From NCBI GenBank assembly GCA_040954595.2, contig CM082584.2, positions 3,007,344 through 3,071,343 on the forward strand: a DNA stretch of 64,000 bases, given 5' to 3'. The translations under genes and the position numbers were made by a program. Positions 41,946 to 55,725 of this stretch are shown here, one piece after another. This DNA comes from Balanoglossus misakiensis. Taxonomy: Eukaryota > Animalia > Hemichordata. Positions within the stretch are counted from its first letter, which is position 1. Each line of letters begins with the position of its first letter. Under the pieces are notes generated by a model that made no database searches, was not told where the DNA came from, and saw only the letters and a list, made by a program, of their open reading frames with translations.

Positions 41946-43178
41946 AATTTGAAAGAAATGCGACTGTAAACGATAACTGAATGAAAAAAAATTCTATATC
42001 TAACTAATACTGATCTAAACTATGAAATATGATAATGAAAATGAACTGGGAAATGCAATAAAACTAAACTAAGAACTAATAAATCGAGAAAAAATCTAAA
42101 GCTAGGGAATGGTTGCGGAACGAATATGAAGGCGTGTAGACAGAAGGAAGAACGATAAACGAACTGAACATTAACGACAAGGTTTTATTGTTGTGCAAAT
42201 ACCTTGAGCGATATGCTAAATAGACAGAAGTGAAAATGACATCGTAAAGAGGTGTAAAGGATAAAACAACAGGTGAAGCAAACAGAATACAGTTGTTGGT
42301 AGCATGCAGATTGAGCTGTCAAAAACCCTCACCAATCAGGAACAGCCTTCCAAGATTGCGAAGTTATGCAGCACTCTCTCATAAAGTTATTTTTGATTGG
42401 TCAAATTCTTTACCATGTCACCACTGTTATACAACCATGCATATAAACAATCAAATTTGCATGGATGCACTGACATCAATGATATGCCTTTCAAAGCGCC
42501 ACACTTTGTCAAATTACACATGTTGCGCATGCTTCTGACACGCTCTGCCTTAGACAACTTAGACAATATTATCCAAAAAAACAAATAAGAGACAAAATCA
42601 TCTGATCAGGCAAAAAAAAAATGAAATGCTTCTGGTCAGCGCCCGCGTCACTTGAATGACAGCGCGTCGCCCCTTTTTTCTGGTTTTTGGTGACGGCAAC
42701 GGCAAACTCGAACTGTTTCAGCTATATCTATAAAACACTGGACACTTAGGGGCGCGTGATCAGTGACTGCATGAACAGTATTCATGTGACTATATTGACA
42801 AAACACTTTCTGGAATTAGAAACAGCAGATACACTAAGCAAAATTACTAAAAGTGAAAAGTTTGAGCTATATAAACGAGGGGACAACGTGTTGTTCATTG
42901 CTTGTGTGCCTTCGAGTAAGATGATATATTATGTACATATTACCAAAATGTTTTCATGATTTTCTAGAAATATAGAAATGAATACAATTGACTTATTTTG
43001 TCAAGTTTTCCTTGCAAACACCATTGTCATTGAATGTGTACGTACATGCGTAAACACACCACTGCTTTAAAACAAAGAGGTGATATGGGTCACGTTACTG
43101 CGTTGTATTGAATTGAGCGGACAAATTCTTTTGGTTTTCATGCATTCTTTCAGAGCTTTCCCGAGTAGCCTGCATAGT

Positions 43179-43192
43179 GCGCCCTCTTGTGG
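43179..43192 (-). promoter_or_regulatory. CTCF-like motif
   Basis: Minus strand CCACAAGAGGGCGC in a locally CpG-richer stretch. Motif match only. Confidence 0.4.
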
Positions 43193-43599
43193 TGACGTGT
43201 CTTCCGGTAATCGGCCCATCGGCCCGATAGAAACAAATCATCGAAGAGTTCCATCACTCTCGTTATGAAGAAACAAAATTCGCCATCGTTCCCGTTGTTA
43301 GATAAACGTTTTAAGTGTTTCGCCCTTTGGTGAAACACGTTAGAGGAAAGTGTATCTTAAGAATAGTATTTCCATTTCGACATAAACTGATTGGAACGAG
43401 CAAATTGATTGAAACGTTCCGTAGGGCTAATGGAGTGTTCAGATTTTACTTCCAGGCCCAAGCCCCACAGAGGAAGAAAAAGCGCTCGTACTCGTGTATG
43501 ACATTATTACACTCTCCTTTTTGTAACCTGTGGAAAGGTTACACCAGCCACGCTGAGCAAGCCTGATTTCCAACGCCCAGACTTGCCGCATATAACAGC

Positions 43600-44085
43600 A
43601 ATGCTTTATTAGGCAAGGCCTATTTTTCAAGGCCACCGCTTCATATTCAGAAAATAGACTTACAGTAACATTCTCTGTCAATCGATTACTCAGATTTTAC
43701 AGAGAAAGAAGTTAACAGAACCAAAACAAAATCAACTCGAATTTTTATTTCCAGCTTCTTGCACCACCCAGACATAGCCCAACCTATATGAAAACAAAAT
43801 GTACTAGTAATTGATGTGGCCCAATTATTTCTGCCTAAATTGTTCATGATGTACGCTTGGCGAGGGAGTCTGTGATGAGGAAATAAATACGGCACAATTC
43901 CAAATTTATCTAGATTCGGGTTAGTGGAGTACCGGGGTGGGAGATAATTTAAAACGTTATTAAATTTACATTGTAAAAGGAAATTGTTCTCGTTTTCGGT
44001 ACTGCCGTCATTGACATTGCAAATACAAAATCTATTCTCTCGAGCAAGTTTCTTTTGTCTTTCTTGTTTTATTGATACCATACGG
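43600..44085 (-). mobile_element. RTE-X-like LINE ORF2 C-terminal fragments
   Basis: RENRFC.C....ENENNFLLQC...YLP..Y...PN.DKF and HRLPRQAYIM..LGRNNWAT motifs. Confidence 0.6.
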
Positions 44086-44269
44086 AAGAAAGAAAGTGAG
44101 GTTTCATAGGGGTCAAAAGGTAGAGTTCCAGTGACAGAGAAGATTTGGTGTCAAGTCTACTTGAACAAACGTAAGGTAACCACAATCTTTCAATGATTCT
44201 GTGTAAAGCTATATTAAGTTTTGGTGCAACATTTTTTTAGATTGCTGAGCCAGAGTATGCATGATGTCG

Positions 44270-44893
44270 TCACAGACAAAGAAATCACTTTTCCCCAAAA
44301 AGCGGGTTCTACGACGTAGCCTACATTGGAGACTCGAGGTTGTGCAAGAACTATTGAACTGTGCACGGACAGTAATTATAATCTGACGTTTTCATACTCT
44401 GAAATTTGGTTATGATATTTGGATACGGCGCCCCCCCCCCCAAAAAAAAAAAAAAAAAAAAACAAACAAACAAACAAACAAACACAACGAACCTCACGAA
44501 AAAAAAAGGTTAAAATCTGATATTGTTGTAATGGCAAGCTCGACCAAGTACATTCCAATTGAAGTGGCAATCGTCATAACCATTTTCACGGTTTATTTCC
44601 GTACCGTCACAGGAAAGAAAACTAATCGAAATGTTATTTCACAAAACTTGAGTTTATATTGAAAAATTGATCTATTATATATAATTTTCCTATATCATAA
44701 CCAATACTTATTATAACCAATATTTTCCGGAGTCTACAGCTAGTGTCTGGTTCGTAAAATAACAAATTAATACCATTTTCGCATGTGCAGATGTCAACAT
44801 GTTTTGAGGTATATCTGGTAACACGGGGCAATCGCTTGCGCGTCACGCTACTCGTCGCCCGAAAATCTGACATGACGGATTTCGAGGCGACGT
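44270..44893 (+). mobile_element. Old, diverged relative of the 51339-52948 element, running directly into the satellite
   Basis: Colinear similarity to ~52300-52826, e.g. CTGGTTCGTAAAATAACA, GCATGTGCAGATGTCAA, ACTCGTCGCCCGAAAATC.GACATGACGGATTT.GAGGCGACGT. Confidence 0.85.
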
Positions 44894-47800
44894 TGCTTCC
44901 AAACGCCGCCTTGTTATTTGCATATTCCGTTGTGATGCGAAGAACACACTGGCCCGAGCGAATAAGAAAGTTTTCCGGTAGACACTGTACATCGACGGTT
45001 TGTTCTAAAATATCCATGGTTTCTTCCAAACGCCGTCTTGTTATTTGCATATTCCGTTGTGATGCGAAGAACACACTGGCCCCAGCGAATAAGAAAGTTT
45101 TCCGGTAGACACTGTACATCGACGGTTTGTTCTAAAATATCCATGGTTGCTTCCAAACGCCGTCTTGTTATTTGCATATTCCGTTGTGATGCGAAGAACA
45201 CACTGGCCCGAGCGAATAAGAAAGTTTTCCGGTAGACTCTGTAGATCGACGGTTTGTTCTTAAATATCCATGGTTGCTCCCAAACGCCGTCTTGTTATTT
45301 GCATATTCCGTTGTGATGCGTAGAACACACTGGCCCGAGCGAATAAGAAAGTTTTCCGGTAAACTCAGAGTCTGTAGATCGACGGCTTGTTCTAAAATAT
45401 CCATGGTTGCTTCCAAACGCCGTCTTGTTATTTGCATATTACGTTGTGATGCGTAGAACACACAGGCCCGAGGGAATAAGAAAGCTTTCCGGTAGACTCT
45501 GTAGATCGACGGCTTGTTCTAAAATATCCATGGTTGCTTCCAAACGCCGTCTTGTTATTTGCATATTCCGTTGTGATGCGTAGAACACACAGGCCCGAGG
45601 GAATAAAAAAGTTTTCCGGTAGACTCTGTAGATCGACGGCTTGTTCTAAAATATCCATGGTTGCTTCCAAACGCCGTCTTGTTATTTGCATATTCCGTTG
45701 TGGTGCGTAGAACACACAGGCCCGAGCGAATAAGAAAGTTTTCCGGTAGACTCTGTAGATCGACGGCTTGTTCTAAAATATCCATGGTTGCTTCCAAACG
45801 CCGTCTTGTTATTTGCATATTCCGTTGTGATGCGTAGAACACACAGGCCCGAGGGAATAAGAAAGTTTTCCGGTAGACTCTGTAGATCGACGGCTTGTTC
45901 TAAAATATCCATGGTTGCTTCCAAACGCCGTCTTGTTATTTGCATATTCCATTGTGATGCGTAGAACACACAGGCCCGAGCGAATAAGAAAGTTTTCCGG
46001 TAGACTCTGTAGATCGACGGCTTGTTCTAAAATATCCATGGTTGCTTCCAAACGCCGTCTTGTTATTTGCATATTCCGTTGTGATGCTTAGAACACACTG
46101 GCCCGAGCGAATAAGAAAGTTTTCCGGTAGACACTGTACATCGACGGTTTGTTCTAAAATATCCATGGTTGCTTCCAAACGCCGCCTTGTTATTTGCATA
46201 TTCCGTTGTGATGCGAAGAACACACTGGCCCGAGCGAATAAGAAAGTTTTCCGGTAGACTCTGTAGATCGACGGTTTGTTCTAAAATATCCATGGTTGCT
46301 TCCAAACGCCGTCTTGTTATTTGCATATTCCGTTGTGATGCGAAGAACACACTGGCTCGAGCGAATAAGAAAGTTTTCCGGTAGACTCTGTAGATCGACT
46401 GTTTGTTCTAAAATATCCATGGTTGCTTCCAAACGCCGTCTTGTTATTTGCATATTCCGTTGTGATGCGTAGAACACACTGGCCCGAGCGAATAAGAAAG
46501 TTTTCCGGTAGACACTGTACATCGACGGTTTGTTCTAAAATATCCATGGTTGCTTCCAAACGCCGTCTTGTTATTTGCATATTCCGTTGTGGTGCGTAGA
46601 ACACACAGGTCCGAGCGAATAAGAAAGTTTTCCGGTAGACTCTGTAGATCGACGGCTTGTTCTAAAATATCCATGGTTGCTTCCAAACGCCGTCTTGTTA
46701 TTTGCATATTCCGTTGTGATGCGTAGAACACACAGGCCCGAGGGAATAAGAAAGTTTTCCGGTAGACTCTGTAGATCGACGGCTTGTTCTAAAATATCCA
46801 TGGTTGCTTCCAAACGCCGTCTTGTTATTTGCATATTCCGTTGTGATGCGTAGAACACACAGGCCCGAGCGAATAAGAAAGTTTTCCGGTAGACTCTGTA
46901 GATCGACGGCTTGTTCTAAAATATCCATGGTTGCTTCCAAACGCCGTCTTGTTATTTGCATATTCCGTTGTGATGCTTAAACCACACAGGCCCGAGCGAA
47001 TAAGAAAGTTTTCCGGTAGACACTGTACATCGACGGTTTGTTCTAAAATATCCATGGTTGCTTCCAAACGCCGCCTTGTTATTTGCATATTCCGTTGTGA
47101 TGCGAAGAACACACTGGCCCGAGCGAATAAGAAAGTTTTCCGGTAGACTCTGTAGATCGACGGTTTGTTCTAAAATATCCATGGTTGCTTCCAAACGCCG
47201 TCTTGTTATTTGCATATTCCGTTGTGATGCGTAGAACACACAGGCCCGAGGGAATAAGAAAGTTTTCCGGTAGACTCTGTAGATCGACGGCTTGTTCTAA
47301 AATATCCATGGTTGCTTCCAAACGCCGTCTTGTTATTTGCATATTCCGTTGTGATGCGTAGAACACACAGGCCCGAGCGAATAAGAAAGTTTTCCGGTAG
47401 ACTCTGTAGATCGACGGCTTGTTCTAAAATATCCATGGTTGCTTCCAAACGCCGTCTTGTTATTTGCATATTCCGTTGTGATGCTTAAACCACACAGGCC
47501 CGAGCGAATAAGAAAGTTTTCCGGTAGACACTGTACATCGACGGTTTGTTCTAAAATATCCATGGTTGCTTCCAAACGCCGCCTTGTTATTTGCATATTC
47601 CGTTGTGATGCGAAGAACACACTGGCCCGAGCGAATAAGAAAGTTTTCCGGTAGACTCTGTAGATCGACGGTTTGTTCTAAAATATCCATGGTTGCTTCC
47701 AAACGCCGTCTTGTTATTTGCATATTCCGTTGTGATGCGAAGAACACACTGGCCCGAGCGAATAAGAAAGTTTTCCGGTAGACTCTGTAGATCGACTGTT

Positions 47801-50800
47801 TGTTCTAAAATATCCATGGTTGCTTCCAAACGCCGTCTTGTTATTTGCATATTCCGTTGTGATGCGTAGAACACACAGGCCCGAGGGAATAAAAAAGTTT
47901 TCCGGTAGACTCTGTAGATCGACGGCTTGTTCTAAAATATCCATGGTTGCTTCCAAACGCCGTCTTGTTATTTGCATATTCCGTTGTGATGCGAAGAACA
48001 CACTGGCCCGAGGGAATAAGAAAGTTTTCCGGTAGACTCTGTAGATCGACGGCTTGTTCTAAAATATCCATGGTTGCTTCCAAACGCCGTCTTGTTATTT
48101 GCATATTCCGTTGTGATGCGTAGAACACACAGGCCCGAGGGAATAAGAAAGTTTTCCGGTAGACTCTGTAGATCGACGGCTTGTTCTAAAATATCCATGG
48201 TTGCTTCCAAACGCCGTCTTGTTATTTGCATATTCCGTTGTGGTGCGTAGAACACACAGGCCCGAGCGAATAAGAAAGTTTTCCGGTAGACTCTGTAGAT
48301 CGACGGCTTGTTCTAAAATATCCATGGTTGCTTCCAAACGCCGTCTTGTTATTTGCATATTCCGTTGTGGTGCGTAGAACACACAGGCCCGAGGGAATAA
48401 GAAAGTTTTCCGGTAGACTCTGTAGATCGACGGCTTGTTCTAAAATATCCATGGTTGCTTCCAAACGCCGTCTTGTTATTTGCATATTCCGTTGTGATGC
48501 GTAGAACACACAGGCCCGAGCGAATAAGAAAGTTTTCCGGTAGACTCTGTAGATCGACGGCTTGTTCTAAAATATCCATGGTTGCTTCCAAACGCCGTCT
48601 TGTTATTTGCATATTCCGTTGTGATGCTTAGAACACACTGGCCCGAGCGAATAAGAAAGTTTTCCGGTAGACTCTGTAGATCGACGGCTTGTTCTAAAAT
48701 ATCCATGGTTGCTTCCAAACGCCGTCTTGTTATTTGCATATTCCGTTGTGATGCTTAGAACACACTGGCCCGAGGGAATAAGAAAGTTTTCCGGTAGACT
48801 CTGTAGATCGACGGCTTGTTCTAAAATATCCATGGTTGCTTCCAAACGCCGTCTTGTTATTTGCATATTCCGTTGTGATGCGTAGAACACACAGGCCCGA
48901 GCGATTAAGAAAGTTTTCCGGTAGACTCTGTAGATCGACGGCTTGTTCTAAAATATCCATGGTTGCTTCCAAACGCCGTCTTGTTATTTGCATATTCCGT
49001 TGTGATGCGTAGAACACACAGGCCCGAGGGACTAAGAAAGTTTTCCGGTAGACTCTGTAGATCGACGGCTTGTTCTAAAATTATCCATGGTTGCTTCCAA
49101 ACGCCGTCTTGTTATTTGCATATTCCGTTGTGATGCGTAGAACACACAGGCCCGAGGGAATAAGAAAGTTTTCCGGTAGACTCTGTAGATCGACGGTTTG
49201 TTCTAAAATATCCATGGTTGCTTCCAAACGCCGTCTTGTTATTTGCATATTCCGTTGTGATGCGTAGAACACACTGGCCCGAGGGAATAAGAAAGTTTTC
49301 CGGTAGACTCTGTAGATCGACGGCTTGTTCTAAAATATCCATGGTTGCTTCCAAACGCCGTCTTGTTATTTGCATATTCCGTTGTGATGCGTAGAACACA
49401 CAGGCCCGAGCAAATAAGAAAGTTTTCCGGTAGACACTGTACATCGACGGTTTGTTCTAAAATATCCATGGTTGCTTCCAAACGCCGTCTTGTTATTTGC
49501 ATATTCCGTTGTGATGCTTAGAACACACTGGCCCGAGCGAATAAGAAAGTTTTCCGGTAGACACTGTACATCGACGGTTTGTTCTAAAATATCCATGGTT
49601 GCTTCCAAACGCCGCCTTGTTATTTGCATATTCCGGTGTGATGCGAAGAACACACTGGCCCGAGCGAATAAGAAAGTTTTCCGGTAGACTCTGTAGATCG
49701 ACGGTTTGTTCTAAAATATCCATGGTTGCTTCCAAACGCCGTCTTGTTATTTGCATATTCCGTTGTGATGCGAAGAACACACTGGCCCGAGCGAATAAGA
49801 AAGTTTTCCGGTAGACTCTGTAGATCGACTGTTTGTTCTAAAATATCCATGGTTGCTTCCAAACGCCGTCTTGTTATTTGCATATTCCGTTGTGATGCGT
49901 AGAACACACAGGCCCGAGGGACTAAGAAAGTTTTCCGGTAGACTCTGTAGATCGACGGCTTGTTCTAAAATTATCCATGGTTGCTTCCAAACGCCGTCTT
50001 GTTATTTGCATATTCCGTTGTGATGCGTAGAACACACAGGCCCGAGGGAATAAGAAAGTTTTCCGGTAGACTCTGTAGATCGACGGTTTGTTCTAAAATA
50101 TCCATGGTTGCTTCCAAACGCCGTCTTGTTATTTGCATATTCCGTTGTGATGCGTAGAACACACTGGCCCGAGGGAATAAGAAAGTTTTCCGGTAGACTC
50201 TGTAGATCGACGGCTTGTTCTAAAATATCCATGGTTGCTTCCAAACGCCGTCTTGTTATTTGCATATTCCGTTGTGATGCGTAGAACACACAGGCCCGAG
50301 CAAATAAGAAAGTTTTCCGGTAGACACTGTACATCGACGGTTTGTTCTAAAATATCCATGGTTGCTTCCAAACGCCGTCTTGTTATTTGCATATTCCGTT
50401 GTGATGCTTAGAACACACTGGCCCGAGCGAATAAGAAAGTTTTCCGGTAGACACTGTACATCGACGGTTTGTTCTAAAATATCCATGGTTGCTTCCAAAC
50501 GCCGCCTTGTTATTTGCATATTCCGTTGTGATGCGAAGAACACACTGGCCCGAGCGAATAAGAAAGTTTTCCGGTAGACTCTGTAGATCGACGGTTTGTT
50601 CTAAAATATCCATGGTTGCTTCCAAACGCCGTCTTGTTATTTGCATATTCCGTTGTGATGCGAAGAACACACTGGCCCGAGCGAATAAGAAAGTTTTCCG
50701 GTAGACTCTGTAGATCGACTGTTTGTTCTAAAATATCCATGGTTGCTTCCAAACGCCGTCTTGTTATTTGCATATTCCGTTGTGATGCGTAGAACACACT

Positions 50801-51338
50801 GGCCCGAGCGAATAAGAAAGTTTTCCGGTAGACACTGTACATCGACGGTTTGTTCTAAAATATCCATGGTTGCTTCCAAACGCCGTCTTGTTATTTGCAT
50901 ATTCCGTTGTGATGCGTAGAACACACAGGCCCGAGGGAATAAAAAAGTTTTCCGGTAGACTCTGTAGATCGACGGCTTGTTCTAAAATATCCATGGTTGC
51001 TTCCAAACGCCGTCTTGTTATTTGCATATTCCGTTGTGATGCGAAGAACACACTGGCCCGAGGGAATAAGAAAGTTTTCCGGTAGACTCTGTAGATCGAC
51101 GGCTTGTTCTAAAATATCCATGGTTGCTTCCAAACGCCGTCTTGTTATTTGCATATTCCGTTGTGATGCGTAGAACACACAGGCCCGAGGGAATAAGAAA
51201 GTTTTCCGGTAGACTCTGTAGATCGACGGCTTGTTCTAAAATGTCCATGGTTGCTTCCAAACGCCGTCTTGTTATTTGCATATTCCGTTGTGGTGCGTAG
51301 AACACACAGGCCCGAGCGAATAAGAAAGTTTTCCGGTA

Positions 51339-52948
51339 AGGCCGAGTTACACGAGGCAACTCGGCAGGCAACTCGGTGGGCAACTCGACGCGCAACCCGA
51401 GTCGCGTCGCTACATCGAGCAGTTACACGGGGCGACTCGACTGGCAACTAGCTGCGCGTAAACAGTGGCTGCGCATGTGCAGCCGCCTCAGTAACCGATC
51501 GACAATTCAATCTTTATTCGATATTATGCATAAATATTTGGTGGTTATTCTGGCAACAGCATGCATATATTATTCTTGTCATTTAGCTGATCAACCTGGT
51601 CATCTGACCGAGTATTTTTTCTTGAAAAAACAACAAAAAAAGTTTGCGAATTTCAACTGCATACAATACGTATACTTTCTCCACTATGTATTACTATTGA
51701 CATAATAAACTAACTAGTATCGCACTTCAACAGTATCCTCATCAATAAAAACATTTTTTGTTCTCAGTTAGCAGGTGATATGCAAGTCTATATCAGTATT
51801 AAAAGAAAAAAAACTAGCTTGGGTGCTTAATTTAATTGATGAATACGGATTTTTTAATCGTGATACCAAATTAGACAAAATTTAAACGTTACTTAAATTT
51901 TTTTAATAGAACAGGAGTAACTTAAGTTTAATTTAATTTTATATAAAATGTACTTGAAACCAGGTATTTTTTTTTATAAAAGATCAACCGGCGAGTTTAA
52001 ATCCTTGTAAGACAGGGGAGTAGATTATGGGGAAATTGAAGAAAGTTGCGCAATTTAACATTAAGATTACTGAATTATCAAACTGCACATCATATAAATG
52101 TGCGAAAAATATGTGTAAAAACGTTATAGATAATATATAAAATTCGTGTTTCGAAATACAGTGAAAGTAATAACAAAGCAAGTGAGACTTTTCATTGTAG
52201 AATAACGAAGTATATTTTTAAGAAGAAATATATTGATTGAAAGATTTGTTTGTATGTAAAATTATACAAATAGAACTATATTTGTATTTATAAGTTGATA
52301 TGACCGGGCGAAATAGACACGTGTTTTGCCCAAAAAGATATATGATGTACACTGGTTGTGTAAGAACTCTTGAACTGTGGGCGATAATCATAAGCTGGCG
52401 TTTTATTATTCTGAAATTCGGTTACAACATTTGGTTGCGGTACCCCCAAAATCGGAAATGCAATCAATGTCGAGTCAATCATCATAACCATTTTCGCGAA
52501 ACTGTATAGTAGTTTATTTTCATATCATCACTGGCAAGATAATTAGTTGAAAGTTTCTTTAACAAAACGTGAGTTTATATGGAAATATTGAACTATAAAT
52601 ACATACAAATATCCGATTTCATAGCAAATACTTATTCCCCAATATTTTCGGAAGTGTACAGGTCTACAGTCTTTAGTTTCTGGTTCGTAAAATAACATAT
52701 TAACACCAATTTTGCATGTGCAGATGTCAAAATTTATTCGAGGCAAAGTGGTAACGCGGGGCAACAGCTTGCGCGTCAGGCAACTCGTCGCCCGAAAATC
52801 CGACATGACGGATTTTGAGGCGACGTCGCCAGACGCGTTCCATTGAGGCGACTACATCATACACACGAGGCAACTCGGTAGGCAACTCGGGTTGCGCGTC
52901 GAGTTGCCTACCGAGTTGCCTGCCGAGTTGCCTCGTGTAACTCGGCCT
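51339..52948. mobile_element. Non-autonomous PIF/Harbinger-like element inserted in the satellite, 3-bp TSD GTA
   Basis: CCG-GTA|AGGCCGAGTTACACGAGGCAACTCGGCAGGCAACTCGGT ... ACCGAGTTGCCTGCCGAGTTGCCTCGTGTAACTCGGCCT|GTA-GACTC. Perfect ~39-bp TIR with reiterated GGCAACTCG subrepeats. Satellite phase is preserved across it. Confidence 0.93.
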
Positions 52949-55428
52949 GTAGACTCTGTAGATCGACGGCTTGTTCTAAAATATCCATGGTTGCTTCCAA
53001 ACGCCGTCTTGTTATTTGCATATTCCGTTGTGATGCGTAGAACACACAGGCCCGAGGGAATAAGAAAGTTTTCCGGTAGACTCTGTAGATCGACGGCTTG
53101 TTCTAAAAAATCCATGGTTGCTTCCAAACGCCGTCTTGTTATTTGCATATTCCGTTGTGATGCGTAGAACACACAGGCCCGAGCGAATAAGAAAGTTTTC
53201 CGGTAGACTCTGTAGATCGACGGCTTGTTCTAAAATATCCATGGTTGCTTCCAAACGCCGTCTTGTTATTTGCATATTCCGTTGTGATGCTTAGAACACA
53301 CTGGCCCGAGCGAATAAGAAAGTTTTCCGGTAGACTCTGTAGATCGACGGCTTGTTCTAAAATATCCATGGTTGCTTCCAAACGCCGTCTTGTTATTTGC
53401 ATATTCCGTTGTGATGCTTAGAACACACTGGCCCGAGGGAATAAGAAAGTTTTCCGGTAGACTCTGTAGATCGACGGCTTGTTCTAAAATATCCATGGTT
53501 GCTTCCAAACGCCGTCTTGTTATTTGCATATTCCGTTGTGATGCGTAGAACACACAGGCCCGAGCGAATAAGAAAGTTTTCCGGTAGACTCTGTAGATCG
53601 ACGGCTTGTTCTAAAATATCCATGGTTGCTTTCAAACGCCGTCTTGTTATTTGCATATTCCGTTGTGATGCGTAGAACACACAGGCCCGAGGGACTAAGA
53701 AAGTTTTCCGGTAGACTCTGTAGATCGACGGCTTGTTCTAAAATTATCCATGGTTGCTTCCAAACGCCGTCTTGTTATTTGCATATTCCGTTGTGATGCG
53801 TAGAACACACAGGCCCGAGGGAATAAGAAAGTTTTCCGGTAGACTCTGTAGATCGACGGTTTGTTCTAAAATATCCATGGTTGCTTCCAAACGCCGTCTT
53901 GTTATTTGCATATTCCGTTGTGATGCGTAGAACACACTGGCCCGAGGGAATAAGAAAGTTTTCCGGTAGACTCTGTAGATCGACGGCTTGTTCTAAAATA
54001 TCCATGGTTGCTTCCAAACGCCGTCTTGTTATTTGCATATTCCGTTGTGATGCGTAGAACACACAGGCCCGAGGGAATAAGAAAGTTTTCCGGTAGACTC
54101 TGTAGATCGACGGCTTGTTCTAAAAAATCCATGGTTGCTTCCAAACGCCGTCTTGTTATTTGCATATTCCGTTGTGATGCGTAGAACACACAGGCCCGAG
54201 CGAATAAGAAAGTTTTCCGGTAGACTCTGTAGATCGACGGCTTGTTCTAAAATATCCATGGTTGCTTCCAAACGCCGTCTTGTTATTTGCATATTCCGTT
54301 GTGATGCTTAGAACACACTGGCCCGAGCGAATAAGAAAGTTTTCCGGTAGACTCTGTAGATCGACGGCTTGTTCTAAAATATCCATGGTTGCTTCCAAAC
54401 GCCGTCTTGTTATTTGCATATTCCGTTGTGATGCTTAGAACACACTGGCCCGAGGGAATAAGAAAGTTTTCCGGTAGACTCTGTAGATCGACGGCTTGTT
54501 CTAAAATATCCATGGTTGCTTCCAAACGCCGTCTTGTTATTTGCATATTCCGTTGTGATGCGTAGAACACACAGGCCCGAGCGAATAAGAAAGTTTTCCG
54601 GTAGACTCTGTAGATCGACGGCTTGTTCTAAAATATCCATGGTTGCTTTCAAACGCCGTCTTGTTATTTGCATATTCCGTTGTGATGCGTAGAACACACA
54701 GGCCCGAGGGACTAAGAAAGTTTTCCGGTAGACTCTGTAGATCGACGGTTTGTTCTAAAATATCCATGGTTGCTTCCAAACGCCGTCTTGTTATTTGCAT
54801 ATTCCGTTGTGATGCGTAGAACACACAGGCCCGAGCGAATTAGAAAGTTTTCCGGTAGACTCTGTAGATCGACGGTTTGTTCTAAAATATCCATGGTTGC
54901 TTCCAAACGCCGTCTTGTTATTTGCATATTCCGTTGTGATGCGAAGAACACACTGGCCCGAGCGAATAAGAAAGTTTTCCGGTAGACTCTGTAGATCGAC
55001 TGTTTGTTCTAAAATATCCATGGTTGCTTCCAAACGCCGTCTTGTTATTTGCATATTCCGTTGTGATGCGTAGAACACACAGGCCCGAGCGAATAAGAAA
55101 GTTTTCCGGTAGACTCTGTAGATCGACTGTTTGTTCTAAAATATCCATGGTTGCTTCCAAACGCCGTCTTGTTATTTGCATATTCCGTTGTGATGCGTAG
55201 AACACACAGGCCCGAGCGAATAAGAAAGTTTTCCGGTAGACTCTGTAGATCGACGGCTTGTTCTAAAATATCCATGGTTGCTTCCAAACGCCGTCTTGTT
55301 ATTTGCATATTCCATTGTGTGCGTAGAACACACAGGCCCGAGGGACTAAGAAAGTTTTCCGGTAGACTCTGTAGATCGACGGCTTGTTCTAAAATATCCA
55401 TGGTTGCTTCCAAACGCCGTCTTGTTAT

Positions 55429-55725
55429 TCTTTACTATCAATCACGTGATCTGGCAATGTGTCACATGGCGCAGTCATTTCCAGATGACGGGCAAGCAAT
55501 ATTTCGGCATCCAGTAAAAGTTTTTCCGATTATGTTTTTACTTTAGAACCGCCAGACACATAACATGTATCGGGTATGATGCCTCATCAGCCTCATTGCA
55601 TTTCGTCTGCACAGTCTTTGTCTGCACCACGTAAGTCCACGTTGCTGAAGTTGCCCGTCATCTGGAAATTTGAATGCGAACGTAACTGCCGCCTGAGCGC
55701 GTCTGACGTCATTTGATAGCGAAGA
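55429..55725. mobile_element. 297-bp MITE with AT TSD (ISL2EU-like) inserted in the satellite
   Basis: GTT-AT|TCTTTACTATCAA ... TTGATAGCGAAGA|AT-TTGCAT. Internal inverted repeat TTTCCAGATGACGGGCAA / TTGCCCGTCATCTGGAAA. Confidence 0.85.
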
